Part shown: piece after piece, positions 43,767 through 54,277 of the stretch
Position numbering within the stretch: the first letter of the stretch is position 1
How the letters are laid out: each line of letters starts with the position of its first letter
DNA from: Meyerozyma guilliermondii
Taxonomy: Eukaryota
Direction: 5' to 3'
Assembly (NCBI GenBank): GCA_051546255.1
Contig: CP128817.1
Coordinates: 1,240,001 to 1,304,000 of the forward strand
DNA: 64,000 nucleotides
Made by a program: the position numbers and the translations under genes
The notes under the pieces: model-generated
Seen by the model: the letters and a program-made list of their open reading frames with translations, nothing else
The model's database searches: none
What the model was told of the DNA's origin: nothing

Positions 43767-43862
43767 TGTTGTATTTCTGTGCTCATCTCCCACCGCGAAT
43801 ATTTCTTGCGCGGTTGTGCGATTTAAATATTAGACTACTTGACAGTACTATATGTCTTGTTT

Positions 43863-44267
43863 ATGACCAATCTCGTACTAGATGCCTCATGTCTTTCTGT
43901 TCTATTTCCTAAAGCATCTGAAGAGAATTTAGTCAAAGTTAGAATATTCGGCCAAATTGTAGATTATGACGGGCAACATGGAGTGGTAACAATTCGTAAG
44001 GTTCCAGGAATGCCATCTCCTCACGTTGTAAGCTTAGAGGATGAAGATTCCGCTCCAAATGAAGAATGCACAAGTATAGATATCAAGTCCGTAGTGGACA
44101 CGCTCAAAAGTGGAGATTTGGATCCGGGATGTCTTGTCACTATAATTGGATTTTACAACGGCGAAGACATAAATGTTGTTGAATGTTGTTCTGTAAATGG
44201 TACATACATAAGTCCGAGGGTCATGGACACGATGCAAAGCATATCGCAGGTTCAAAAACTTCCCTAG
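43863..44267 (+). CDS. TEN1: Probable CST telomere-capping subunit Ten1 (single OB fold)
   Basis: 134 aa; KVRIFGQIVDYD...IDI..V...L..G..V.IIGFYNG fits a Ten1 OB-fold pattern. Confidence 0.62.
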   Translation: MTNLVLDASCLSVLFPKASEENLVKVRIFGQIVDYDGQHGVVTIRKVPGMPSPHVVSLEDEDSAPNEECTSIDIKSVVDTLKSGDLDPGCLVTIIGFYNGEDINVVECCSVNGTYISPRVMDTMQSISQVQKLP

Positions 44268-46787
44268 TCACTCTTCGACTATCAAACCCTCATTGATTCC
44301 AAATCCACCTACAGTTTGGCTGGTGAAAAATTCGTCCCAAATGGAGTCGGCAGTGACCTTATTCATCATCTCAAACGTACGCTTAGCGTCTCGGGATTGA
44401 ACTTCCAGCTGGGCAGAATTTCGTCCCGTTTGTGGACTCTGATACCCATTGGCGGGCGATGAGTATGTAGAACCATGAGAGTGGTTTGACACTGGAGTGC
44501 CGTCAAAAGGTTTATATCCCAGTAAACTCTCTCTTCCAGAAATAGAGGAAACATCTGATGTTGTTTCCAACTGGGTGAGGAATTGCTTGATATCTAAGGC
44601 GTTGGGATCCCCTCCGACATCTAGCCCTTCCAAGCTGTTTTCTGAAACCCATTCAAATGGAGTTATTTGGTCGAGCGGTTCTGATTTGGGGTTTTGAATG
44701 GCATACGTCTGCTGCTGGTCCGGTTCCTGAGGAACAGAAGAGTTTATATTTTCGTGTTCGATCAAGGCAGCGATGAGATGTTGAAGATTGGAATTCACAT
44801 AGCCGGCAGGTTGACTCTTGGCTATTTGTTGGGCACTAGGTATAGCAATTCGGTTCATATTAGCATAGACAGTTTCGTTGTATCGAATTTTTAGCACCAC
44901 TGCACTCAATAGTTTCAATGTTTCAATACATGACCACGCTGTAACACATCGGTCAATCAAAGAGTGTAGGATCGTTATACACTCTTGGGTGATTTTTTTG
45001 ACCTCAAAAACACTATTGGCGTTTTTTGTATCGTTACTGTTGTAAACAGCATAAAGATAGGAAGTGCCCGCCATGAACATGTTGTGGACTGCTGCCCACG
45101 TATAGTTGATACACTTGTTGGCATAAAGCAGCGAATAGCAATTGATCAACTCCTTAGAAGCGTCTGAGAGTATTTCATAGTCATCTGCTGTAAGCAGAAA
45201 TCTCTTGGACGAAAGACCATGAATTCGAATCAATGTATGGAAATAATTCAAGTCGAAAAAGTTGGTATTGAAATCACAATTCATTTTCCGCTGGGTTTTC
45301 GGAAGGCTGTTGCGCCATTCCTGAAGTTGCCTATTCATCTCTGCCCGCCAGGAATCAAGCGAGGAGAATTTGAGCGGTAACTCAGCCTTTTTCTGCCCTA
45401 GTATTCTTTGCACTTGTGATTGAATCTGTCGTATTTTGAAAAAGGCGATTGAAACAGATTTATATGAGGGTGTTGATTCGGATTGAGTGCCGAGATTCAG
45501 GAAATCAGCCCGAGAATTTGCATCGTCGACAATAAGCGCATCATCAAGCTCGCTCGGAAATGGAGTTTCGATACTATCGTCTGAGATACCCACTGGACGA
45601 TTGAGATATAAGCACACTTGTCTATCAATGGAATAAGTGCACCAAAATAATCTTCTTCGCTTGTCTCTAGTAAAGGAATTGTAACTACTCAAAGACCGAG
45701 GAGATTCACAGTGCAATTCCAAGTCGACACAAAGCCTGAGAGCCGTGCCGAGGACATACCAGATCCCTGGCTTTGCTGGTCGCATAGTTGCAAATAGTGC
45801 CAATAGCAATATTCCTTGTAATGTTTCAAGCTGATCTGACGAACAGTAAACCTGATCAACATACCTCGATGCTGCCACTTTGAAAGAATCTGAAATTGTA
45901 CTAGGATATTGAAGATGATGAACCGAGGACGATATGGCGAATACAATGTTAAGAAAAAACAATGCTTTGTGGTATGGCTCGGGTGCCACCAAAAGACGCT
46001 CAATTGTGGCTGGATCGTAGCGAGCATCAATGAGTTTCTTGAACTCTATTTTATATTTGTAAAACCACGTATCTTCCTCTCTTATAGTGTTGGCAGGTAG
46101 ATTCATAGCTGAGTAATTTGATGCAAGTGAAATTCGTGGACTCAAGTCTCCGTAAATAGGAACAAAGTATTTGACGATGAACTCTTCACGATGTAGGATT
46201 GGAAGCTGTGCATTGGATTGTGCAAAAAAGATCTTTAAGAACTCTTCGGCAGTCTTTTTAGGAGGTAAAAGCGCGGGAGCAACATGCTCGTGCCTCAAGG
46301 ACAGAGAAGGATCCATTTGTGTCGGCTGTGGAGGAGTTTGAGATGATGCCTTGGACTGTTCAGATTTGAGTTTTAGTGCAGTAGACATGAGTTTTGCAAA
46401 TGGGATTGGTTCCGATATAGAAGGTTCACTTTGTGCTGAATGTGGGGATATTCGGTCGCCCGACATATCGACCGGAGGACTAAATTCTTGTTTCATAGGG
46501 ACCATCTCAGCCGGGGCCCTCAGTAATTGCGATTCCAAAAACCGGATTTTCTCCTCCAAATGTACGATGTATGATCGGGGAACTTCTCTCCCGGTAGCGG
46601 GATCCACCCCGACACATTCAGCATTCCCCTTTTCACAGCGACTACACCGAGGATATCGTTGGTCGCATTTGACTTTCTTACTTCTACAACGGAGACAAGC
46701 AGCAGCCGGACGCACAGCGGAAGCCGGTAGTGGGCTCTCGGAAGCAGCCATGGTGAGTCGCTGCTTTTTGGGCGTTGAATCAGACAT
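44268..46787 (-). CDS. PPR1: Zn(II)2Cys6 transcription factor Ppr1
   Basis: ACLRCRSKKVKCDQRYPRCSRCEKGNAECVGVDPATGREVPRSYIVHLEE; the DPATG.EVPRSY linker is Ppr1/UaY-specific; fungal TF domain RRRLFWCTYSIDR. Confidence 0.88.
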   Translation of the reverse strand: MSDSTPKKQRLTMAASESPLPASAVRPAAACLRCRSKKVKCDQRYPRCSRCEKGNAECVGVDPATGREVPRSYIVHLEEKIRFLESQLLRAPAEMVPMKQEFSPPVDMSGDRISPHSAQSEPSISEPIPFAKLMSTALKLKSEQSKASSQTPPQPTQMDPSLSLRHEHVAPALLPPKKTAEEFLKIFFAQSNAQLPILHREEFIVKYFVPIYGDLSPRISLASNYSAMNLPANTIREEDTWFYKYKIEFKKLIDARYDPATIERLLVAPEPYHKALFFLNIVFAISSSVHHLQYPSTISDSFKVAASRYVDQVYCSSDQLETLQGILLLALFATMRPAKPGIWYVLGTALRLCVDLELHCESPRSLSSYNSFTRDKRRRLFWCTYSIDRQVCLYLNRPVGISDDSIETPFPSELDDALIVDDANSRADFLNLGTQSESTPSYKSVSIAFFKIRQIQSQVQRILGQKKAELPLKFSSLDSWRAEMNRQLQEWRNSLPKTQRKMNCDFNTNFFDLNYFHTLIRIHGLSSKRFLLTADDYEILSDASKELINCYSLLYANKCINYTWAAVHNMFMAGTSYLYAVYNSNDTKNANSVFEVKKITQECITILHSLIDRCVTAWSCIETLKLLSAVVLKIRYNETVYANMNRIAIPSAQQIAKSQPAGYVNSNLQHLIAALIEHENINSSVPQEPDQQQTYAIQNPKSEPLDQITPFEWVSENSLEGLDVGGDPNALDIKQFLTQLETTSDVSSISGRESLLGYKPFDGTPVSNHSHGSTYSSPANGYQSPQTGRNSAQLEVQSRDAKRTFEMMNKVTADSIWDEFFTSQTVGGFGINEGLIVEE

Positions 46788-46869
46788 AATAAATAATTAA
46801 ATGGTGGCCGATAACGATGTTGATAACGAAATTAAGGTTTTGCAAATGCGAGTGAGAAATGTGAGAATG

Positions 46870-46918
46870 AATCTTAATCGAAATAATCTCAATCAAAATA
46901 ATCTCAATCAAAAATAAT
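46870..46918. repeat. Short tandem repeat, about 3 copies of 15-16 bp AATCTCAATCAAAAT
   Basis: aatcttaatcgaaat / aatctcaatcaaaat / aatctcaatcaaaaat / aat. Confidence 0.75.
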
Positions 46919-46967
46919 TTTGTTAGAAATCAATCTTATTCAATAAATATTAGCGATAATACATATT

Positions 46968-49037
46968 TCAAGTCAAGTGCTTGATGGGAACACGATCAAG
47001 CTTATACTTTTGCGTCAATGGTGGAATCAACACTTCGTAGCCAGCGGTCTTACAGTCAAAGTCACATGGATCATCTTCAACATGCAATGTAGTTACAAGA
47101 CTATCGGCCAAAACCGGGTACTTGGTGTGCCTATTATCAACCTGGCCCTCAATTTGAGTGCCCACTGGACCGGGGAAGCGCTTTTCACCTATTTGAGCCT
47201 TGACAGTAGACTGAGTAGCCACCACTAAATCGGCCCAGTTTCTCTTATTGAGGAACTGATGGTTGTCTCTAGAGCTACCATCAGGATCTTTGGTGAATAG
47301 AGGCACCACATCCTCATCCGTGTGAGTATTAAAGTGGTGAATTCCCAGTCTCTTGTTAAGTAAGGAAGCCATGGCATCGGGGGGTGGTGCATTCGTGATA
47401 GCAGAAGAGATCACGTTGAAAATAAGACGAGGGTCCTCTTCTGGACGTTCAACAATATTAAAGTTTTCCTGTTTGGCCTTCTCAGTGCCAGTGAGTATAT
47501 GAGCACCAGGGAGATGATGGGACCTTGACTTGACTCTAGAAATACAACACAAGTGGACATCGCCAGAAAGAAGAGTAATACGAACACCATGCTTGGCGCC
47601 AAACTCGATAAGTTCTCTAACCAAATAGTTTCTTTCACGCTTGTGGTTTTTTGAGCACCAATGATCATTAAGGTCATCAAGGACCTCAACACCACCGTCG
47701 AACTCGTTGACCAAACCTTTGTTGATTACACCACGCTCAGCAAGCTTTCTCACTGGTTTCAAAAGTGAAGAAGTGAGAAGCTTTTCGAGCCACACGAGTC
47801 GAGGATAGAGAATTGGAACACCCAACATCACCAAGAGATGTTTCACTTCGGGTGCAGCTTGAATTTCCTGTTCCAAACGGGCAAAGATTTTTTTGTACGA
47901 AGCATTTGCAACGACTTGGTCGAATTTCCGCTCGGTACGGCAATCAACACCCACCATCGATATCTCTTTACCTAATCTCAAGTAAACCGAATGGTTAAGC
48001 TGATGGATAAAAGGACCAGGCTTGTCAGACAAAATCCACGAAGGATCCGAAGTGTGACTCTTTTCTTCAGGTGACATTTGGTGCTGGAAGAGCATGTAGT
48101 ACTTGTAGGCAACATTACCGACCGTCAGGAAGAAATGCTGTCCCATAGTCCTATCGTCATAGGATCCGAATCCATCAATGATATCGTGATCATCGTAAAT
48201 ATTGACGGAGGGAATCATAGACATGGCAGTTGGAAAGAGAGATTGGAGTGTTTTACCGTTAGTACCAACCCAATAACCCTTACCAAACCATGCCAAGTAA
48301 TGGTTGAGATAGTAATTTTCAAAATCCTCAATATCTTCAGCAGTAGCCTTCATCTCTCTCTTCTTTTGGTGACTGGACTGATTAAGCCATTTTTGAAGCG
48401 ATTTCGAATGCTTTTTGATCGAGTCAGCATAAATTTGGTCTCCACCACCAAGCATAACATGGTAATGCTGTTTCTGGTGCTTGTTCAAAACATCAAACCA
48501 GAGAGACGACTTGAACCCCGAGGTGTCTGTACCCAAAGAGAAACCATTGCACGAGAACGAGACCACATTCATAGACTGCGATTCAGCAGGAATGAAAAAT
48601 TGGTACTGTGACTTGGAAGTGCCATTGATGGAGTAGCGCACAGTTTGTTCATGAGCAGCTAACGAGAGGTCAATGGCATAACGGAAAAAGTGGAAGTTTT
48701 TTTCTGAGTGGAAATTCACACCGGGAAATTCACCATTGCCTATTTGTGGATTTTCATGTGGGGCTAAAGTTGAAGGGCCAATATTGAAAGTTACCCTTGG
48801 AATTTGTGTCGTTTCAGACAGCCCCTTAACCACCAAAAGGATCGAACCGCGATAATTATTGCTACCGTTTTCGAGAGTTCCTGCCAACCTTAAAATGGGA
48901 CCAGCCTGAATTTGTACCCCGCCAACGGGCTCAGATGGAGGAAGTTCTGAGGGAACATTGGAGCCTGATTTTTCATTGATATCACGGAAGTCAGCTACAG
49001 GGATGTCTTCATACCAGTTGGACGGGTCTACTGTCAT
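46968..49037 (-). CDS. PhoD-like metallophosphatase-fold protein (YGR266W-like)
   Basis: SFSCNGFS, HVMLGGGDQIYAD, IYDDHDIIDGFGSY, DCRTER, LSGDVH; start set at the first ATG. Confidence 0.85.
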   Translation of the reverse strand: MTVDPSNWYEDIPVADFRDINEKSGSNVPSELPPSEPVGGVQIQAGPILRLAGTLENGSNNYRGSILLVVKGLSETTQIPRVTFNIGPSTLAPHENPQIGNGEFPGVNFHSEKNFHFFRYAIDLSLAAHEQTVRYSINGTSKSQYQFFIPAESQSMNVVSFSCNGFSLGTDTSGFKSSLWFDVLNKHQKQHYHVMLGGGDQIYADSIKKHSKSLQKWLNQSSHQKKREMKATAEDIEDFENYYLNHYLAWFGKGYWVGTNGKTLQSLFPTAMSMIPSVNIYDDHDIIDGFGSYDDRTMGQHFFLTVGNVAYKYYMLFQHQMSPEEKSHTSDPSWILSDKPGPFIHQLNHSVYLRLGKEISMVGVDCRTERKFDQVVANASYKKIFARLEQEIQAAPEVKHLLVMLGVPILYPRLVWLEKLLTSSLLKPVRKLAERGVINKGLVNEFDGGVEVLDDLNDHWCSKNHKRERNYLVRELIEFGAKHGVRITLLSGDVHLCCISRVKSRSHHLPGAHILTGTEKAKQENFNIVERPEEDPRLIFNVISSAITNAPPPDAMASLLNKRLGIHHFNTHTDEDVVPLFTKDPDGSSRDNHQFLNKRNWADLVVATQSTVKAQIGEKRFPGPVGTQIEGQVDNRHTKYPVLADSLVTTLHVEDDPCDFDCKTAGYEVLIPPLTQKYKLDRVPIKHLT

Positions 49038-49834
49038 TGTAAATGTCGAACGATGTTTTTTTTTCTCAGCTTGTGAATATAGTTGCGCACCGCAAGTGGA
49101 ACGTGCGGCGTCGAGATGTGGTTTGGGTGTCAGCACAAACGAAGAACGCGCGATAGGCCACAGACCAGCGACAATAGGAAGGAAAGTGAACAATGCACGC
49201 AGAGCATCACGAGATTGTAGGGTGGTCGGGTATTGTTGCAAAATATTTGGTATTCAGTTTTTGATCATTTAGGTGGTTGAACATTGAATTTCTGTATCCA
49301 TAATTGAGCGGTGTCACTTACCGTCAACATCACCATCACAATTAATCGAAGCATCCATTATTTGCAGCACACATTATTTGCAGCATTCACATTTGCAACT
49401 CACTTCAGCACTGACTGCTCACTGTTGTGCTCCGCACTATTAGGCCAAGTCCGTAAATCGCACCGATCTCTATCTCTCCCTATTCTTCCTTTTCCGCGCT
49501 GGCTCCCGCCGCATCTTCCATGCTTCCTCTACAGGATTCCCCGCAGCCTGCACCCCGGTAAAGCCACTTGCGGTGCCAGCCGCACCTTGTCAACAATTAT
49601 TGCGTGGCTATTGTGGTCGCCACTTTTCGTCTAGTCTAAATTTATCTTGACGAGACATAGCAATTGCCGCGCTTCGCCTCGTTTTTACCTCCATTCGGTC
49701 CATTTGCTCGTCCTACCGGGCTCGCTCCCTGCACACAGCACCTACACTGTCTTGGCATCCCTCCCGGCTAACCACATACTGTGCCCCTTGTTGGTCAGGT
49801 TACGTTCTGGTCCGTATAAACACTTCTGGTCGCT

Positions 49835-51736
49835 ATGACCACCATTAATATCCCGCCGTCTTCTCCTTTCTCGCGAAGAGTATCGTTCAACAACCTAGAC
49901 CCTGAATCTATCGACCCTGCCTTCACTAAAGTTGCATCTTCAAGTGAGCAAATTACGTTTAAAAACCCGACTTTCGGCTACGGAACCTCGCTCGTGAATG
50001 ATATCTCCAAGGCCTACAATTCAGCTTCTACATTCGTACCTACCCGCCGCCGCTCGAAATTACCTGATGCTCCATCGAAGTCGATTTTGAAGAATAAACT
50101 CTCCCAGCAGCAATTGCAATATAACATTGAAAATGCTACCTCTTTGGGGATATCCTACCATGGAGATCTCAACGATTTGGCAGACCACCCACCAGACCAT
50201 GTCCCCAAATCGGAAGTGGCCTATGTGGAGGGGTCTGCTATTGACGACGACGACTATGACGATGAAGACAACGAGGAAGATCCAGTAAACGCCCCTCCTC
50301 CTCGCAGAAAACTGTACTCCGGAATGACAGACGAAGAATTGATGGCATTGGATCCTCAGTTCACAACAACAAAACCAAAAGTGTCCCTGGTGGACCAATT
50401 CAAGTTTGACCTGCAAACCACATATTACCTTCCAGCAAAACGTACCTCCGTACTGGGACCGTCGGCCACCTCGTCTACTCCAAGGCTGGTGTACCCATCC
50501 TCCAATGAGAACAACTACAAATCCATCTCATTGACTCTGAAACATACCCATTACGAGCTGGTTGAGTCAAAGCGTACTCTTTTGACTATTATCTCTGGAC
50601 GAAAGCATTCGTGGAATTCCCTTGATTGGCTCGTCATGCCAATTCCTGGAACGGATATACCAACATTTTTACAAAATGGTGACTATTTGGTCGTCACAGC
50701 GCTTCTTCCCACAAAAACTACTGTATCTGGTGAAAAACGTCGGGGTAGTACTCTGGCGGAAGAATTAACATACTACAAAAAATGTGAAAACATACTAAAC
50801 TATATCATAAGGATACTTCCAAGGCAAGAGTTGAAACTCAAAATTACTGTGGAATTTGTTTTAGAGCCTCCTCCGATGAACGCAATGGCCACCAAGAGTC
50901 AGCTTCGAGGCATGAAGCTACTTCTTACTAAAATCTACAACCAATATCATCCCACTATGGTGGTGGTAGGGAACCGGTCTACTAATCTCAACTTCAAGTA
51001 TCCTCTTCGAGTCAGAAAAACCTCATCTGCAATACCCACTTCACCACCCCCAAACCGGCCATTTGGAGGGCCCAAGATCAATGACCGTTACTTAATCAAA
51101 CTCAGCTCCTACCTTGTCAAATACTCGACGGTGCCTGTTATTCTAGTTGGAAACAAGTGTAGCTTTCTATGGTCTACCAGGCAAGCGAGGAGGAAGGGAA
51201 GTGCAATTTCACAAAACTCTTCAGATGACGACGACTCGCTTGAATCTGACATCAAGTCGTTTTCAGGGAAGACCGAACTGGAAACGACTTTATTTAACAC
51301 GGTTACCAGCATCCGGGAGTCAGACTCGGAAACCAGGTTTAAAGAACTTGCCATTCTTATTTCAGACCGGTCTCTTGAAGACTCTAGAAATTATCTCGAG
51401 TCATTAAAGACGAGAGATCTGGAAGGTAATTCGATCAAATTTGACGAGTCAGTGGAATTCAATAGCAAGATCCACTCGATTTACAAGTCGCAATCGAACA
51501 GCCTGTTGGCACGTACAAATGGGGAGGGCGCCTACAAAGTAAAATCATTGATATCGTACGACCCGGTGGAAGAGAAGAAAAATGAAGAGATACGAAACTC
51601 AAAAAAGTTGGAAAAGATAAAGTCTTCCACGTCTTCAAAGGTTAGTGCGGTGAGTTCCCGCGAGTCCTCCAGCTCCAGCCAAAAGGTCAAGCCTAAGAAA
51701 TCTTTCTGGAAAAAGATTGGTATTAAGAAACTGTGA
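49835..51736 (+). CDS. Uncharacterised fungal protein with a degenerate universal-stress-protein-like domain and S/K-rich tail
   Basis: 633-aa ATG ORF; PTMVVVGNR and LSSYLVKYSTVPVILV resemble Usp-domain strands; RRVSF and KSILK motifs near the N-terminus. Confidence 0.7.
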   Translation: MTTINIPPSSPFSRRVSFNNLDPESIDPAFTKVASSSEQITFKNPTFGYGTSLVNDISKAYNSASTFVPTRRRSKLPDAPSKSILKNKLSQQQLQYNIENATSLGISYHGDLNDLADHPPDHVPKSEVAYVEGSAIDDDDYDDEDNEEDPVNAPPPRRKLYSGMTDEELMALDPQFTTTKPKVSLVDQFKFDLQTTYYLPAKRTSVLGPSATSSTPRLVYPSSNENNYKSISLTLKHTHYELVESKRTLLTIISGRKHSWNSLDWLVMPIPGTDIPTFLQNGDYLVVTALLPTKTTVSGEKRRGSTLAEELTYYKKCENILNYIIRILPRQELKLKITVEFVLEPPPMNAMATKSQLRGMKLLLTKIYNQYHPTMVVVGNRSTNLNFKYPLRVRKTSSAIPTSPPPNRPFGGPKINDRYLIKLSSYLVKYSTVPVILVGNKCSFLWSTRQARRKGSAISQNSSDDDDSLESDIKSFSGKTELETTLFNTVTSIRESDSETRFKELAILISDRSLEDSRNYLESLKTRDLEGNSIKFDESVEFNSKIHSIYKSQSNSLLARTNGEGAYKVKSLISYDPVEEKKNEEIRNSKKLEKIKSSTSSKVSAVSSRESSSSSQKVKPKKSFWKKIGIKKL

Positions 51737-51814
51737 CGATGTATACGATTAATTTATAGTTCTACTCCAGAATTTATGCGCGCTCAAATATCGAATGCGA
51801 AATATAAAGTTTCC

Positions 51815-53227
51815 ATGGATCACAAAGATAGAGAAAGCACGCCCCAAGTGCTTGCGTCTATTGAGCCCCAGGTCAAGCAAGAAAGCGTAGAAGCCATTCC
51901 TCTTGATCAAGGCATCTCAACTCGATCAAGACATAAAACTCAATCAAAAGGTCAGCTTCTTCAGAAAGAACATAATGTTATTGTGCAACCTCGACTCAAA
52001 CCGGTTCCATTTCAGCAAAACGACATAGGTATTAATGACAACAGAGCTCCTCAATGTGTACCTGTGGGAGAAGGATTCCTTCAATCTGAGGACCAACCCA
52101 TAAATAGGCGTGGATACAAGTACAAACCGTGTCGACCCAACCCTATCTTTCCTTCCAATCTATATTCAACAACAGACCTTCCACCATTCAAGGTTCGTCC
52201 GAGCTACTTTGATCGGGCTCTGGGAATTGTATTCAGTGAAAATATGGCTACAGTCTCTACCAACGCTGGATGGAGATCGGTTCGAGCCAATGTCGGGGTA
52301 AGAGAAGGTCTGTATTATATGGAATTCGATATAGTGCGTTCAAATGACGACAGCAAGGCACACGTTAGAGTGGGTTTGGCACGGAAAGAAGCCAGTCTCG
52401 AAGCTCCAGTTGGGTTTGATGGTTATAGTTATGGCTTGCGAGATGCTACAGGGCAGAAGCTCAACTTGAGCAGACCAAAGCATTTCATGGATACCGGGTT
52501 CAAGTCTGGTGACACAATTGGAATGTTAATTGAGCTTCCTCCCCTTGATAAGCATAAGCTGTGCCTAGAAGGATTCGATGCACAGCAAAAGAAGCATATA
52601 CCTCAAAAGGGTGACGAAGCCCACAAGGAGAAGAAGCGAAAAAAAACCAAGGCCAAGGTATCTAACCCAGAAACAGCACTAGAGATGAATGCCCATGGTA
52701 ATATTGTTCGAGATCAGATTCCCATCAAGTACAAGAGTAGCTTGTATTATGAACAATTCGAGTACACCACCAACAAAGCCATGGATCACCTTCTCAACCC
52801 AGTGACGGTATTCGGTGAAAAGGCAATTTTGGAGTCGATAAACAACATGCAAGCACAGATACCCACCATTCCAGACTCCAAGATCACCGTGTTCAAAAAT
52901 GGAGAGAAGGTGGGCGTCATGTTTGAAAATCTCTACTCCTTCTTGCCCACCTTCAATGAGGTTGAAACGACCAGCATCTTTCCCAATGCCATACAGCTGC
53001 AAAACAATAATTACAACTACACTGATGATGGAACTTTGGGTTATTATCCTATGCTTTCGGTATTTCAAGGTGGTATAGTTGGGTTGAACCCTGGCCCAAA
53101 GTTTAAGTATCCGATCAGCGAAGCCCATAAACCACTCAGTGACAGATACGAAGATAGAATTGCTGAAGAAATGGTATGGGACATAATTGACGAGATTGAA
53201 GCTGAATATTTGGATCAGTTCGAGTGA
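51815..53227 (+). CDS. BRE2: COMPASS/Set1C subunit Bre2/Ash2 (SPRY domain)
   Basis: NRRGYKYKPC, GWRSVRANVGVREG, HVRVGLARKEASLEAPVGFDGYSYGLRD, RDQIPIKYK, LGYYPMLS. Confidence 0.93.
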   Translation: MDHKDRESTPQVLASIEPQVKQESVEAIPLDQGISTRSRHKTQSKGQLLQKEHNVIVQPRLKPVPFQQNDIGINDNRAPQCVPVGEGFLQSEDQPINRRGYKYKPCRPNPIFPSNLYSTTDLPPFKVRPSYFDRALGIVFSENMATVSTNAGWRSVRANVGVREGLYYMEFDIVRSNDDSKAHVRVGLARKEASLEAPVGFDGYSYGLRDATGQKLNLSRPKHFMDTGFKSGDTIGMLIELPPLDKHKLCLEGFDAQQKKHIPQKGDEAHKEKKRKKTKAKVSNPETALEMNAHGNIVRDQIPIKYKSSLYYEQFEYTTNKAMDHLLNPVTVFGEKAILESINNMQAQIPTIPDSKITVFKNGEKVGVMFENLYSFLPTFNEVETTSIFPNAIQLQNNNYNYTDDGTLGYYPMLSVFQGGIVGLNPGPKFKYPISEAHKPLSDRYEDRIAEEMVWDIIDEIEAEYLDQFE

Positions 53228-53245
53228 ACAAATTGAGCTAGTTGT

Positions 53246-54058
53246 TTATAATACACTTTCTACATTCTCTTCAGCTATTATGGAGTCGGGTTCCACGCCA
53301 ATAATTTCTGCGGCATCATTCCAGTTAAACTCACATCCATCTCGAGGACATTGACCCAATTTCAGACTCTTTAGCCAAACTTCACCACATTTATAATGGA
53401 ATGCAGTATGACATCGACAACATTTTTTTCCTAATGTTACAATTTCCTTACATTGAAAACATGTGTAAACACTCCCATCTTGCTCTGTGGTGCCGTAGCG
53501 ATCGAGCAAGTACCGTTCGAGTTCACATAAACCTCTCATGGATAGTATAACTTGATCATGAACAGTAATGTTCAACCAGCCCTGATCAACAAGATCTTCT
53601 ATAAATACGCCAGCTTCACGCATGGGTTTGTTCAACGTTGCGGCTATAACCTGAGTTGCTGGTACCAATCCTATCGAGTACGAAAGACCCGATTCGATTA
53701 TTTCGTCTATCAATTTTTTTATCGCATCGAGTTCATTGATTGAATATGTGGAATTGTTTTTTATGATATCATCAGATAGTGTATTCACAAAGAGAAAGTA
53801 GGTTTCGTTGGTCACTTGACTCCTGGACTTTGTAATCTTCATACCATGATTTGTTATTCGAGAATTGATGGTGGAAACGAAATGGTCAATTTTTGTTTGA
53901 CCAGAGTTGTCGTCTGAATCTGTGGTTTGGGATATAGCCGACACTATATGCTGAAAGTCCTCTTCCAAACGCAGTCGGCTGATCACTTTGCACGCTCTCA
54001 CATGGGTTAATATGGCTCTATGGACTTCACCATAATTTACGGTTGGTGAAATAGACAT
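53246..54058 (-). CDS. NSE1: Smc5/6 non-SMC subunit, RING-like
   Basis: Winged-helix region, LVDQGWL...LSMRGLCELERYL, and C-terminal CFQCKEIVTLG..C..C...FH..C...CP..C RING variant. Confidence 0.88.
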   Translation of the reverse strand: MSISPTVNYGEVHRAILTHVRACKVISRLRLEEDFQHIVSAISQTTDSDDNSGQTKIDHFVSTINSRITNHGMKITKSRSQVTNETYFLFVNTLSDDIIKNNSTYSINELDAIKKLIDEIIESGLSYSIGLVPATQVIAATLNKPMREAGVFIEDLVDQGWLNITVHDQVILSMRGLCELERYLLDRYGTTEQDGSVYTCFQCKEIVTLGKKCCRCHTAFHYKCGEVWLKSLKLGQCPRDGCEFNWNDAAEIIGVEPDSIIAEENVESVL

Positions 54059-54277
54059 GATCAGTGCGCGGTGCGGGTGCAAGAAGTAGAGAAGAAGAAG
54101 AAGAAATAAGGAATACTACTTTTATAGGAAAGTGGATTTGCAATCGATTTATTTTAAATTGTGCAATTAGATCAATTGAACTTGAACTGAATGCTGAAAA
54201 TTCATGACAGTCTTTTTGAAATTGTTGCTGTTTGTGCAAAAAGTTGTCAGTAGCTTCTTATCAGGCGTGTCAATAGA

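Noticed and set aside
49311..49838. ORFs of 107 and 63 aa between the PhoD-like and Usp-like genes
   Set aside because: Non-ATG starts in pyrimidine-rich promoter/5' UTR sequence; no domain signal.
7771..54082. TTG/GTG-initiated or upstream N-terminal extensions given by the ORF track for LHS1, UFD1, SXM1, RRP7, SER2, RRN7, SEC6, PBP1, RPC17, NSE1 and others
   Set aside because: This is a eukaryotic genome; conserved sequence begins at the downstream ATG in each case, so starts were corrected.
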